A stretch of DNA of 64,000 nt from positions 14,358 to 78,357 of the forward strand of contig CAVURY010000050.1 of assembly GCA_963743925.1 (NCBI GenBank), given 5' to 3'. Positions 51,701 to 60,642 of the stretch are shown piece by piece. Source of the DNA: an uncultured Planctomycetota bacterium. GTDB lineage: Bacteria; Planctomycetota; Planctomycetia; Isosphaerales; Isosphaeraceae. The position numbers and the translations under genes are program-made. Numbering within the stretch: position 1 is the stretch's first letter; the number at the start of each line of letters is the position of its first letter. The notes under the pieces are model-generated. The model was not told the DNA's origin and searched no databases. It was given only the letters and a program-made list of their open reading frames with translations.

Positions 51701-52128
51701 GCCAGAAGGCGATGACCGTTGAGATCATACGGATCGCCGTAATCATAGGGATCATCGTTGAACAGAGTGAGCACGCTCGCGAACGGAGCCTTACCTGCCG
51801 GCGTCGTCACCACCAGGTTGACCCGAGCGGAATCGGCCAGGCTGAAATGATACCAGGTGACGTCCGTGGCCCCATTGGGCCCGTTGCCGATGGAGCCCAA
51901 GATGTCCACGGGCTGGCTCAGCGTGCCCAGATTCTGGGATTGGTCGATCGTCTCGTTGGGCTTGATGACCAGCGACACGCCGCTCGGCAACCAGCGACCT
52001 TCGAGCGGCTCGATGGACGGCCGGGCCATGATGGCGCGCCGATTCCTCCGGCGCGACCGCGGCGGAGGAATCGTCTCATATCGACCTGGTTTGATGAGTG
52101 TTGTGGACATCGAGTTGCTCGCGATCAA
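48736..52128 (-). CDS. Giant secreted protein with pre-peptidase-C-terminal-like and Ig-like domains, Gly-rich linker and C-terminal TM anchor
   Basis: 1130-aa ORF. The Arg-rich N-terminus ends in IEPLEGRWLPS. Contains beta-rich repeats, a GGGGGSG... linker and a TM helix near the C-terminus (WTACAVFTGMVLSSM). Confidence 0.75.
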   Translation of the reverse strand: MIASNSMSTTLIKPGRYETIPPPRSRRRNRRAIMARPSIEPLEGRWLPSGVSLVIKPNETIDQSQNLGTLSQPVDILGSIGNGPNGATDVTWYHFSLADSARVNLVVTTPAGKAPFASVLTLFNDDPYDYGDPYDLNGHRLLAQVETSATSGVAEDDQNLGPGDYFVAISGAGNLDFSPVIAGSGFDGATGSYELTITSTDLRLSGDGPMVLSSDPAPGAVLTSSPLAIRLEMSGPIDPGTVVPGQTVQLISAPDGSLDDGTSSQITLASVNFSASANELQLFPLAPLAPGNYVVRLLGDSSTNQSVLADPNGVPLGFDSAHPSGADVTYSFRVDGIDGVGGATGSDDTASTARTLGDVTGVGLVQVRGAIGVDPAFNPILSADPANQVDLYHFQITGSGRYTLLAEVFAGRIGSPLDPGLSLYEVDPSDGSLVFLAGNDGTLNPTQGTDGSIPLFSDPELADGLTAGSYYLAVADASNTPCPLEGQPAGSPGLLDPNVPGSAQLGWSTGPYVLNLLVQASPNPPVVVASSPASGQVLDQAPTQIMVQFSAPVNLQQLAFEAFQTQNQGTLPQVFIQSSDGTIYYPRFLSYDRATNQATFQMLDGLGNGSDGLGNGSYTLHLSGPGGLTDLGGNALEGNSPSGDYVIPFVVYGPDRGIWGSDLGGFTILSQAGQDGPQQIGVLYPDELQANVTIVRYPYSGTAQASSATDDVYVIKVLQAQNYTFRLSGDDLPGGIGVTIKDAAGQPMNLIVSNNGLFFSTPLDAGTYTIAVGGWTKGQSATVSYHLIIGFTGQQDNAPPLLDGPAPALQIQLDGIGGGGGSGFSPSNGYGPSGPIASSPVTYGPITIGPGSGVSGGGNSGVGMTPVDSVAYPLASSLAQLSSTSGLASLGMSPLGGAGGIAAGRSVAAPVQLALGETASGAIDQLVASMVILTQAIPSSQGGQGNVAIEALDLKLAEMDKPVVPLEKDVAVPFKGASSELSAVLSSVVSSSSPIDLIVPGYESVAYPDGSDDSGGRIVSQAVSPIPASATAVDVGVGRDKVKVASVWDWTACAVFTGMVLSSMNLARSAVRGLGWRKRPCGSQVRSDDKTIEPRRPHADETLISPKGGRPYRKVRRSRSVVMPGGTSHA
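50281..50322. repeat. Tandem 2 x 21-nt duplication inside the giant protein gene (encodes GLGNGSD GLGNGS)
   Basis: The two units are gccattccccaggccatcaga and gccattccccaggccgtcgag, read directly from the sequence. Confidence 0.8.
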
Positions 52129-52204
52129 TCGGTCGAGGACGGGAGGTCTCCGCCCGGCTCCTCGACCTCGTCAAGACTTCTTGGACACTCTCGCCTCTGA
52201 GGAT

Positions 52205-54934
52205 TCAGACCTTGACGGTCAGCGCGCTCGACAAGAGGCTCGTGTCGCCAGCGCTGTTGGTCGCTTCCACCATGATTGTGTGCTGTCCCTTGGACAGCGA
52301 GGGCGTGAATTGCCAGGCTCCCGTCGAACTGGCGGTCACGACGCCGAGGATGAGATTTCCATCGACGATCGTGACCAGGCTGCCGGGGGTCGCATTGCCC
52401 GAGAGGATTCCCGAGGCGTACTGGGGCGTCCCCGCGGCCGGCGAGCCTGCGACCTGGGCCTGGGCCGTCGACGCCGCGACGGCATTCATCGTCGGGCTCG
52501 TCCCCGCCGGTACCACGGAGCTGCCGACCTGGACCTGGAGTGCCGCCGAGGACGCGCTGACATTCAGCGACTGGTCCATGGCGACCGCCGAGAATCTGTA
52601 GATGCCGCTTGCCACCGAAGTCGACGGCGGCACATCGTTGTAGCTCCAGGCCCCCTGGCCATTGGCATTGACCGTCCCTTGCAAGGTCCCGTTGAGAGAG
52701 ACCTGGACCGTGCTATTGACCGGACCCGTTCCGACGACGATCAATGCTTGCTGGTTGTTGGGGAGTCCCTGGGCAGGACCGGTGATCAGGCTCGCCCCGG
52801 CGATCACCGGAGGCTGGACCGTCTCGACGGTCAGGTTGAAGTCGGATGACGGATTACTGAGATTACCCGCCAGGTCGGTCGCCACCGCCGTGACTGCATA
52901 GTTGCCGTTGGCGAGAGACATCCCGGTGTTATCGAAAGTCCAGGTGCCGCCGGTCCCGGCCGTCGTGGTCCCCACGAGCCCACCGTTGAGAAAGATCGAG
53001 ACAGAAGTCCCCGCTTGAGACGTCCCCGAGAAGATGAGGTTCTTCGCGGTGGTGATGCCATCGTTGCTCTTCCCGGTGTCGGGCGAGATGCCGGTGACGA
53101 CCGGCGATTGCGGCGGCTGCGTGTCGATGACGACCTTCAGCGTCGCGGAAACAGGGCTCGTCGTGCCGGCGAGGTCCGTCGCGGTTGCCATCACGTTGTA
53201 AGAGCCGTCGCTCCACCCGCCGCCGGGGACGATGTACGTCCATTTCCCCGTGATATCGGCCTGCGTCGTCCCGATGAGGGACGAGTTGCCGACTGGGGCG
53301 CCGTTGTTGCTCGCCTTGTAGAGGTTGATGACGTCGAAAGGCTCCGACATGCCGGAGATCGTGGGATTCTTCGCGTTGGTGATCCCATCCGTCGCGCTGA
53401 TGCCCGTGTCGGGACTGATATCGTTGAGCACGGGCGCGGCCGGCACATGCGTGTCGATCGTCACCATGTAGGGATAGGAGAGCCCCGATTGAAAAGCCGA
53501 CGGGTCGACGGCCATGGCCGTGAAGGAGTAGGTCCCGCTGCTGAGGGTCGTCGAGTCGTTCAGGGTCCAGGTATTGCCACCCTGGGCCTTCGTCGATCCG
53601 ATCGGCACGTTGTTGCAATATACGACGATGGTGTCACCGGCGGGCGCGGAGCCATAGACGGAGATATTCGGGTTGTTGGTGATGCCGTCCAGGCTGCTCG
53701 AGCCGTTGTCGGGCGTGATGCCCAGGATGACCGGATTGCCGATCCCAAACCCGATGCTTCCCGAGTTATTGGCCTGGCCGCCACCGGAGTGTAAGGGATT
53801 GCCGTTCGGCACCGCAACGATCGGAGACGGCTCCAGGGGCGGGGCGGCACCCTTGAAATTAAGGCCCAGTGCATAGTCTCCCGTGCCCATTGCCGTCGTA
53901 GCCGCGCCTTGTGCTAAGACGTAGTATTGCTGACCGGGTGTGACGCCCGAGATGTTCAGGGTAAGCGTCGTGCCGTACAGTCCTGCACCACTGGCGGTCC
54001 CCAGAACGGTCGTGCCGTTCGATGCATAGACCGTCACCTTCGGCGACAGCAGGCTCAGGCCGGCACTCTGCATGTCGACTTCCAGCGTGCTCCCCGATCC
54101 TGACGGCGCCGTGAAGGAGAAATACTCGGATTGGCCGGCGGTCGAGATGTCGAGGTTGGGCACGAGTGCCGTCAAATTCGAGGTGTTGATCAGCGAGTTG
54201 AGTGACGACGCGGTGCTCAGGGTCCCATTCGATGCGCCACCCGTATTGTACACGTCGGCCGAGCGAGGGCCGTTGGCGCTGTAGATGCTTTGGATGCCCG
54301 CGATGTCGTCGCTCGCAAGGCCCGTCTTACGCCCGGTATATGTGCTGTACATGACCGCATTGGCGACGCTGCTCTGATTCAGGCCGAAAGCGTGGCCGAA
54401 CTCGTGCATCGCCACGGTGTACAGGTCGTAAGTCGAGCCGATATTGAAAGCCTGGCCCGTATTGAACGTCATATCCCCGGCGATCGAGAAGTTGTTCACC
54501 GGGGGGGGCATATTGGTCAGCGCCAGCGTGGAACTGCCGAAGTTATAACCTCCGATCCGGATATCTCCGAACTGAGGATCGCCTTGCTGGTAGAGGCCCG
54601 AACCTTCGGGCGCACCGTCGTCAGGAATGACCGTGAGGTTGATGTTGGTCTGCTGTGCCCACGCCTGGGCGGCCTGGATGATGACGTTCTGCCAGCCGTT
54701 CAGGCTGGGCTTGCTGTTGAAGCTGGAGAATAGGTTACTCGAGACAGCACCCAGGCTCGTCCCGTCCGGCATGAAACTGATCGTGATGGCCATGGGATTC
54801 GGCCAGGCATTCCCGGAAGCCGAGTAGAGGACGACCCGCGATTCCAGATCCTCCAATACCGGACAGATGTTGGTCTTTCGCCGGGCCGGTCGGAGATCGT
54901 TTGCACCGCGGTAAAACCGTCGAAAGAGTCTCAT
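52205..54934 (-). CDS. Secreted matrixin-family (M10) zinc metalloprotease with multiple bacterial Ig-like domains
   Basis: Contains the VAMHEFGHAFGLNQSS zinc site. Has repeated ...ISPDTG.S..DGITN... Ig-like modules. The N-terminus reads RRKTNICPVLEDLESRVVLYS. Confidence 0.85.
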   Translation of the reverse strand: MRLFRRFYRGANDLRPARRKTNICPVLEDLESRVVLYSASGNAWPNPMAITISFMPDGTSLGAVSSNLFSSFNSKPSLNGWQNVIIQAAQAWAQQTNINLTVIPDDGAPEGSGLYQQGDPQFGDIRIGGYNFGSSTLALTNMPPPVNNFSIAGDMTFNTGQAFNIGSTYDLYTVAMHEFGHAFGLNQSSVANAVMYSTYTGRKTGLASDDIAGIQSIYSANGPRSADVYNTGGASNGTLSTASSLNSLINTSNLTALVPNLDISTAGQSEYFSFTAPSGSGSTLEVDMQSAGLSLLSPKVTVYASNGTTVLGTASGAGLYGTTLTLNISGVTPGQQYYVLAQGAATTAMGTGDYALGLNFKGAAPPLEPSPIVAVPNGNPLHSGGGQANNSGSIGFGIGNPVILGITPDNGSSSLDGITNNPNISVYGSAPAGDTIVVYCNNVPIGSTKAQGGNTWTLNDSTTLSSGTYSFTAMAVDPSAFQSGLSYPYMVTIDTHVPAAPVLNDISPDTGISATDGITNAKNPTISGMSEPFDVINLYKASNNGAPVGNSSLIGTTQADITGKWTYIVPGGGWSDGSYNVMATATDLAGTTSPVSATLKVVIDTQPPQSPVVTGISPDTGKSNDGITTAKNLIFSGTSQAGTSVSIFLNGGLVGTTTAGTGGTWTFDNTGMSLANGNYAVTAVATDLAGNLSNPSSDFNLTVETVQPPVIAGASLITGPAQGLPNNQQALIVVGTGPVNSTVQVSLNGTLQGTVNANGQGAWSYNDVPPSTSVASGIYRFSAVAMDQSLNVSASSAALQVQVGSSVVPAGTSPTMNAVAASTAQAQVAGSPAAGTPQYASGILSGNATPGSLVTIVDGNLILGVVTASSTGAWQFTPSLSKGQHTIMVEATNSAGDTSLLSSALTVKV

Positions 54935-55859
54935 GACGTCAAACCTCTTTAATCAAGAATTCACAAGCGTGAATCTGGAATGAGCTTGATCCACTCGTTC
55001 CCACCGATGTTTCGCGATCTTCGAGGAGTTATTCGGTACCCACTCCTGTGGCCCGTCCTTGCGAAGCGGTCTTGCACCGCGGAAGGTCGAAGCTTCCCGA
55101 TCAGCGGCCTGGCTCATCGGATTTCTCTATTAGTCTCTTAGCTCTTTGCTCGAGCGTTTTCTCCTTCTGTCGAAAATTTGCAACGATGCGGGGACGTGTT
55201 GCCTGGACACGAACTCACAACGATCGCGTACGTCAGGCCCGGTTAGAACTCAGAGGACCGGGAAAGAAAATCGAGATGTGTGTCAAGACTGCCGAGTGCG
55301 AATGGCTTCAGCGCCCAGATTCTCAGAAACTAAACCGAAGTGGCGTCACGGGATCCGTCAGATCGCGTCTTCCATGCGCTTCGCGTTAGACTCGGAAGCC
55401 CGAGCGACCCTCTTGGATCCCGGAGCCAGGAGTTCATCGTCCCTCGACTTAAAGGATGAGGGAGATTGGTCCAGAGCTCTCCACGATCCGATCGATGGGC
55501 GAAGAAAGGCTGTGTCGGAGAACCTCCTATCCATAGGAGCCGAGTTCAACCCATCCCCTTTTGCTGGCGCGGTATCGGCAGCGAGCTCAGGGCCGCTGGC
55601 GGACATGCCCGCGGAGCACACCTGCGCTCGTCGAGGGTACTTCAGACTGGATCGTTGAGAGGAGGCCGGTAGAGGCCGTAGGGAATGACTCACACGGCAT
55701 TTCCTCGACCGAATCGATCCGGTGTACGGCGACGCACCTGCCTGTGTTCGCGGCGGCGGCTCGACCGTTTTGGGAGGGAGCGATCGTCGTCGGCGCTATG
55801 TCGGCGTTAGCCCTCGAACCGGCCCGAGATGTGACGCGGCTGGCGGGGGCAAGGAACGG

Positions 55860-55910
55860 AAAAAGGCCGGGGACTCGTGGACCTCGTGCGGTCGCATCGG
55901 ACTCCCGGCC
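55860..55910 (-). terminator. Possible intrinsic terminator of katE
   Basis: On the minus strand, the GGCCGGG...CCCGGCC stem (7 bp, ~32-nt loop with an inner GACC/GGTC pair) is followed by TTTTT. It starts 13 nt after the katE stop. Confidence 0.4.
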
Positions 55911-55922
55911 CTGGGGATCAGA

Positions 55923-58037
55923 TTAACGCTCGGCCGCGGCGCGGTCCCAGAAGCGGAGTTTCCGGCAGGCCGCCACGAATCCATCGCAATCGGTCGGGGC
56001 GTTGAGGAGCAAGAAGCCCTCATCGAGACTCCCGGCGACGCCAGCCTTCTCCAGGAGGGGCACGGCGGCGCCGATGTAGCCGATATATTTTCGGTGCGCG
56101 GCCGCGTCGGCGACGAAGTCTCGGGCCGCGGGAAGCGTGGTGAGCAGCGACGCGCCATCCTTGGAGGGGAGGATGGCGACCGCGTCGAAGAGGACGGAAG
56201 GGCCCCCTTCCACTTTTTCATCGGCGTCGTGCCAGCCGCCTGAGGAGTCCTTCACGCCACCGACTTCCGGTGCGACGAGCTTGAGCATCGCCCCTTCGGC
56301 CTTCAAGGCTTTGGCGAGTGCCGCGAGGATGCCGGCGTCGACGCCATCGGTGACGAGGGCCCCGACCGTGCGCCCGGCGAAGCTCTTGGGCCCGTTCTTG
56401 AGGATGCTCAGGGCCGTGGACGGTTTCAGGTCCTGTCGCGTCGGACGCGCGGCCGTGGCCGGTTTGGGCATCTCCTTCAGCCGCAGCCCCTTGGCCACGG
56501 TCTCTGCGAGTTCCGGGTCGATATTCAGCAGGTGCGAGACCATCCGCGATCGGATCGCGGGAGTCATGACCTTGCTCAGCTCGAACATGAGCGCGTTCGC
56601 GATATGCCTCTGCTCGGGCGGGGTCTGGCTGATGTAGAACTGCCGGGCCTGACTGTAATGGTCGGCGAACGTCTCGGAACGGGCACGGACCTTCGGCGAC
56701 TCCATCGGCTCGGGATAAGACCGATATCCCGCCTCCGGGCTCTCACGAGGACCGCCATCCCCGCCCCAGGAGTTCGGCTCGTAATTGGCCCGGCCCTTCG
56801 GGTTGTGCATCGCCATGTGGCCGTCCTGCTGGAAGTGCGAGAACGGGCATTTTGGCGCGTTGATCGGGATATGCGTGAAGTTGGGGCTGCCGAGCCGCTT
56901 GATCTGAGTGTCCAGGTAGGAGAAGTTGCGCCCTTGCAGGAGCGGGTCATTGCTGAAGTCGATCCCGGGGACGACGTTCTGCGTGCAGAACGCAACCTGT
57001 TCGGTCTCGGCGAAGAAGTTATCCACCCGGCGATCGAGGACCATCCGGCCGACGCGACGGATCGGGACCTGCTCCTCGGGGATCAGCTTGGTGGCATCGA
57101 GGATGTCGAACTCGAACTTCCGGGCGAAATCCTCGTCGAAGAGTTGAAAGCCCAGCTCCCACTCGGGGTAATTGCCGGACTCGATGGCCGACCAGAGGTC
57201 GCGGCGGTGGAAATCCGGGTCGGCACCGTTGATCTTGACCGCCTCGTTCCAGACGACCGACTGCATCCCCTGCTTCGGCTTCCAGTGGAACTTGACGAAG
57301 GTCGACTTGCCCTCGGCGTTCACGAGCCGGAAGGTGTGGACCCCGAATCCTTCCATGAAACGCAAGGACCGCGGGATCGTCCGGTCCGACATGATCCACA
57401 TCACCATGTGCATGCTCTCGGGCGAGAGCGAGATGAAGTCCCAGAAGTTGTCGTGGGCGGTCTGGGCCTGGGGGAAGTCCCGGTCCGGTTCCGGCTTGGC
57501 GGCGTGGATCAGGTCGGGGAACTTGATCGCGTCCTGGATGAAGAAGACCGGGATGTTGTTGCCGACGAGGTCCCAGTTCCCCTGCTTCGTGTAGAACTTC
57601 ACGGCGAAGCCGCGGACGTCACGGGCGAGGTCCGGCGAGCCCTTGCTGCCGGCGACGGTCGAGAAGCGGACGAAAACCGGGGTCTTCTCCCCGGCGCGCT
57701 GAAAGAGGTCGGCTCGTGTGAGATCGGCGAGCGCCCCATAGTTCTCGAAATAGCCGTGGGCCCCGTAACCTCGAGCATGGACAACCCGTTCGGGAATCCG
57801 TTCGTGGTCGAAATGGAAGATCTTCTCCCGGAAGTGGAAATCCTCCAGGAGCGTCGGGCCGCGGGAGCCGGCCCTGAGCGAGTTCTGATCGTCGGCTACG
57901 GGAACTCCTTGCTGGGTGGTCAACGCCTGCCCGTCGGTGCCGGCAGTCTGGTGCGTCTCGCCGCCTTGTCCGGTCATCACCTTTGCGTCGCCGTATTGTG
58001 CGGTCTTGCGCACGTCGTCTCTCGGCTCGGCCATCAT
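55923..58037 (-). CDS. katE: Large-subunit catalase (HPII type)
   Basis: Contains ...[25 protein letters not shown]...RFSTV...FAVKFYT... plus the C-terminal flavodoxin/DJ-1-like domain. Start at MMAEPRDD; the ORF is open to 58238. Confidence 0.9.
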   Translation of the reverse strand: MMAEPRDDVRKTAQYGDAKVMTGQGGETHQTAGTDGQALTTQQGVPVADDQNSLRAGSRGPTLLEDFHFREKIFHFDHERIPERVVHARGYGAHGYFENYGALADLTRADLFQRAGEKTPVFVRFSTVAGSKGSPDLARDVRGFAVKFYTKQGNWDLVGNNIPVFFIQDAIKFPDLIHAAKPEPDRDFPQAQTAHDNFWDFISLSPESMHMVMWIMSDRTIPRSLRFMEGFGVHTFRLVNAEGKSTFVKFHWKPKQGMQSVVWNEAVKINGADPDFHRRDLWSAIESGNYPEWELGFQLFDEDFARKFEFDILDATKLIPEEQVPIRRVGRMVLDRRVDNFFAETEQVAFCTQNVVPGIDFSNDPLLQGRNFSYLDTQIKRLGSPNFTHIPINAPKCPFSHFQQDGHMAMHNPKGRANYEPNSWGGDGGPRESPEAGYRSYPEPMESPKVRARSETFADHYSQARQFYISQTPPEQRHIANALMFELSKVMTPAIRSRMVSHLLNIDPELAETVAKGLRLKEMPKPATAARPTRQDLKPSTALSILKNGPKSFAGRTVGALVTDGVDAGILAALAKALKAEGAMLKLVAPEVGGVKDSSGGWHDADEKVEGGPSVLFDAVAILPSKDGASLLTTLPAARDFVADAAAHRKYIGYIGAAVPLLEKAGVAGSLDEGFLLLNAPTDCDGFVAACRKLRFWDRAAAER

Positions 58038-58179
58038 CCCCCTCCGCGGTGGGTCAATCTCAGGATGTCTGATTCTGCGGACGGGACTGATGTAGCAACC
58101 CTCGTACCGAACATGTCCCTCCGGACGAGTCTTCATGCAAGGTTCTGGACCGTATTGGCCATACGGACGGCGTCGCGGA

Positions 58180-58680
58180 TCACCCCAGCTCCGCCGCCTT
58201 GGCCTTGACCAGGCGTTCGATCTCCGCGATGGCCGCATCGGTTTCTTCCTGGACCCGGCGCAGCGAACCCCGACCGGAGATCTCGATCTGCTTGCGTGAC
58301 TGCTGTCGGATCGCCCGGATCGCGACCTTGGCTTCCTCGCCCAGCTTCTTGACGTGCCGTCCGATCTCGCCTCGCTGCTCCACGCTCATGGTTGGTACGC
58401 TGACGCTGACGGTCGTCGGGTTGAGGGCGTACGCGCTCAGCCGGCAATCGTTGAGCGCCTTGACCATCGCCGGAAGATTGGCCCGATCGAAGGGAGTGAT
58501 CAGGATGCGGTCGCCCTGCATCTTTGCAACCCCGAGTCGATTGATCGGCGCCAGGTTACCCTCGCACGAGACCCGGACCGTCTCGATCAACCCGATGCTG
58601 ATCGTGCCGGTCCGGATACCGCGAAGCTGATCCGCGAAGAGCCGGACCGTCTTCTCCATCTTCGGCTTCCAGTCGTTCAT
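58180..58680 (-). CDS. frr: Ribosome recycling factor homolog (short, divergent)
   Basis: 166 aa. The sequence [30 protein letters not shown]...[19 protein letters not shown]...[38 protein letters not shown] aligns by eye to the RRF consensus. Confidence 0.75.
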   Translation of the reverse strand: MNDWKPKMEKTVRLFADQLRGIRTGTISIGLIETVRVSCEGNLAPINRLGVAKMQGDRILITPFDRANLPAMVKALNDCRLSAYALNPTTVSVSVPTMSVEQRGEIGRHVKKLGEEAKVAIRAIRQQSRKQIEISGRGSLRRVQEETDAAIAEIERLVKAKAAELG

Positions 58681-58790
58681 GACGCGCCCCGCCCTGCCCC
58701 GATCGATCGAGCGATCCGACGAACCTCGTCACCAGCCCGCGCATCCGTGACAACATCCGAGTCGGTGAAATCACGCAGGAGTCAGCCGGA

Positions 58791-59693
58791 ATGAGCACGT
58801 TGCAAAGACTGACCGACCGCGGCCTGATCAGGCCGCCGAGATGGCTGCCCGGCGGCGTCCAGTACGAGACCATCATGGGTTCGATGGCTTACGGCGTCTC
58901 GTCCGACTCGAGCGACCTGGACGTCTACGGATGGGCGATTCCGCCACGGGATGACGTCTTCCCCCACCTCAGGGGCGAGATCCCCGGCTTCGGCACCCCG
59001 AAACCCCAGTTCCAACAATACCAGGAGCATCACGTCGTTGACCACGATGCGCTCGCCGGTCGCGGGCGCACGTTCGACCTGAACATCTACGGCATCGTCA
59101 AGTTCTTCAACCTGGCGATGCAGAACAACCCGAACATCATCGACTCGCTGTTCACCCCGGTAAACTGCGTCATGCATAGCACCCGAGTCGGCGATCTCGT
59201 GCGCGAGAATCGCAAACTGTTCCTCCACAAGGGGGCCTGGTCGAGGTTCAAAAATTACGCATATGCGCAGTTACATAAATTGTCGACCAAGGTCGCCCAG
59301 GGTAAGCGGGCCGAGCTCGTGGCCGCCCACGGCTTCGACACGAAGTTCGCGTATCATGTCGTGCGACTCATCCTGGAAGTCGAGCAAATCCTCGTCGAGG
59401 GCGACATCGACCTCCAGCGCAACAACGAGCAGCTCAAGGCGATCCGCCGCGGGGATTGGACCGAGGCGTATCTCCGCGAGTGGTTCTCCGCCAAACAGTC
59501 GGAGCTGGAGAAACTCTACGCCGAGAGCAAGCTCAGGCCCGAGGCCGATGAAGAACGGATCCGATCGCTCTTGCTCAACTGCCTCGAGGATCACTATGGC
59601 CGACTGGAAAACTGCGTCGTCGACCCCGACCGGGCTGTCGCGGCCCTTCGCAACGTCCAGGCGGAGCTCGAGAAAGTGAGGGATCTCCTGTGA
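58791..59693 (+). CDS. Pol-beta-superfamily nucleotidyltransferase, RlaP/PF10127-like (paralog 1)
   Basis: NTase motif IMGSMAYGVSSDSSDLDVYGW (GS...DxD). Also contains NPNIIDSLFTP and GFDTKFAYHVVRLILE. Family assignment is from memory. Confidence 0.7.
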   Translation: MSTLQRLTDRGLIRPPRWLPGGVQYETIMGSMAYGVSSDSSDLDVYGWAIPPRDDVFPHLRGEIPGFGTPKPQFQQYQEHHVVDHDALAGRGRTFDLNIYGIVKFFNLAMQNNPNIIDSLFTPVNCVMHSTRVGDLVRENRKLFLHKGAWSRFKNYAYAQLHKLSTKVAQGKRAELVAAHGFDTKFAYHVVRLILEVEQILVEGDIDLQRNNEQLKAIRRGDWTEAYLREWFSAKQSELEKLYAESKLRPEADEERIRSLLLNCLEDHYGRLENCVVDPDRAVAALRNVQAELEKVRDLL

Positions 59694-60517
59694 GCCATCC
59701 AGATACGAACGATCCGACGACCGACGACCGGCTCCATGCCGTGTTATCGCGACAACCTTACGCGTTGATCTTCGTCACGATCAGCGGGGCTCATCTCTAT
59801 GGATTCCCTTCGCCCGATTCGGATTACGACCTGCGGGGCTGCCACCTCCTCCCCGTCGAGGAAGCCGTGGGCCTCGATGCTGGCCGAGAGACGATCGAGT
59901 CGACCCGAGACGAGGCCGGCGTCGAGGTCAACCTGGTGACGCACGATGCCCGGATGTTCTTCGGGATGATGCTCAAGAAAAACAGCCACGTGCTGGAGCA
60001 ATTGTATTCGCCGCTGGTCGTCCGGACGACGGTCGAGCACGAGGAGCTGAAAGACATCGGGCGCGGCTGCATCACCCGGTACCATAACCACCATTACCGG
60101 GGATTCGCCGAGGCCCAGTGGCGGCTCTTCGAGCGAGATCGCCCAGCGCGCGTCAAGCCGTTGCTCTACGTGTATCGCGTCCTGCTGACGGGCATCCACC
60201 TGATCCGCACCGGCGAGATCGAGGCCAACCTCCTAAGGCTCAACGAAACGGCGCGGCTTGCTCACGTCGACGACTTGATCGCCCGCAAGCTCGCGGGCCC
60301 GGAGTCGGCGCTCCTCGATCAGGGCGACCTGGATTTCCACCGGCGCGAGTATGGGCGCCTTCAGGCCGAGCTCGAGGCCGCCCATCAAGAAAGCCGGCTT
60401 CCGGAAGGTCCGACCGCCCGGCCGGCTCTCAACGACCTGCTGATCCGCCTCCGGCTGACTCCTCGAAAGTTCGAGCGACCCTTGCCAACAGGAACGGAAG
60501 TGCGAGAGCCCAGGTAG
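59690..60517 (+). CDS. Pol-beta-superfamily nucleotidyltransferase, RlaP/PF10127-like (paralog 2)
   Basis: NTase motif ISGAHLYGFPSPDSDYDLRG. Also contains ...NSHVLEQLYSP and ...VKPLLYVYRVLLTGIHLIRTGE. Its GTG overlaps the upstream stop (GTGA at 59690-59693). Confidence 0.7.
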   Translation: MSHPDTNDPTTDDRLHAVLSRQPYALIFVTISGAHLYGFPSPDSDYDLRGCHLLPVEEAVGLDAGRETIESTRDEAGVEVNLVTHDARMFFGMMLKKNSHVLEQLYSPLVVRTTVEHEELKDIGRGCITRYHNHHYRGFAEAQWRLFERDRPARVKPLLYVYRVLLTGIHLIRTGEIEANLLRLNETARLAHVDDLIARKLAGPESALLDQGDLDFHRREYGRLQAELEAAHQESRLPEGPTARPALNDLLIRLRLTPRKFERPLPTGTEVREPR

Positions 60518-60642
60518 GGACGGCCGTGCCGGACGGACACCCGTGGCAGCGAAACCGCAGAAAGGGAAGGAAACACCCGGTCCAGTCCCGCCGTCGCTGT
60601 CGGCCCGACTCTCGTTGTCGAATACGGGCCTCTCGCAATCGC

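Noticed and set aside
54935-55922. About 1 kb without a credible gene between the matrixin start and the katE stop (ORFs 55048..55389, 55146..55658, 55358..55693, 55722..56243).
   Set aside because: None of the translations shows family motifs or coding-like composition. It is treated as the promoter/leader of the matrixin operon plus the katE terminator. A frameshift-fragmented gene cannot be excluded, given the indel problem in this assembly.
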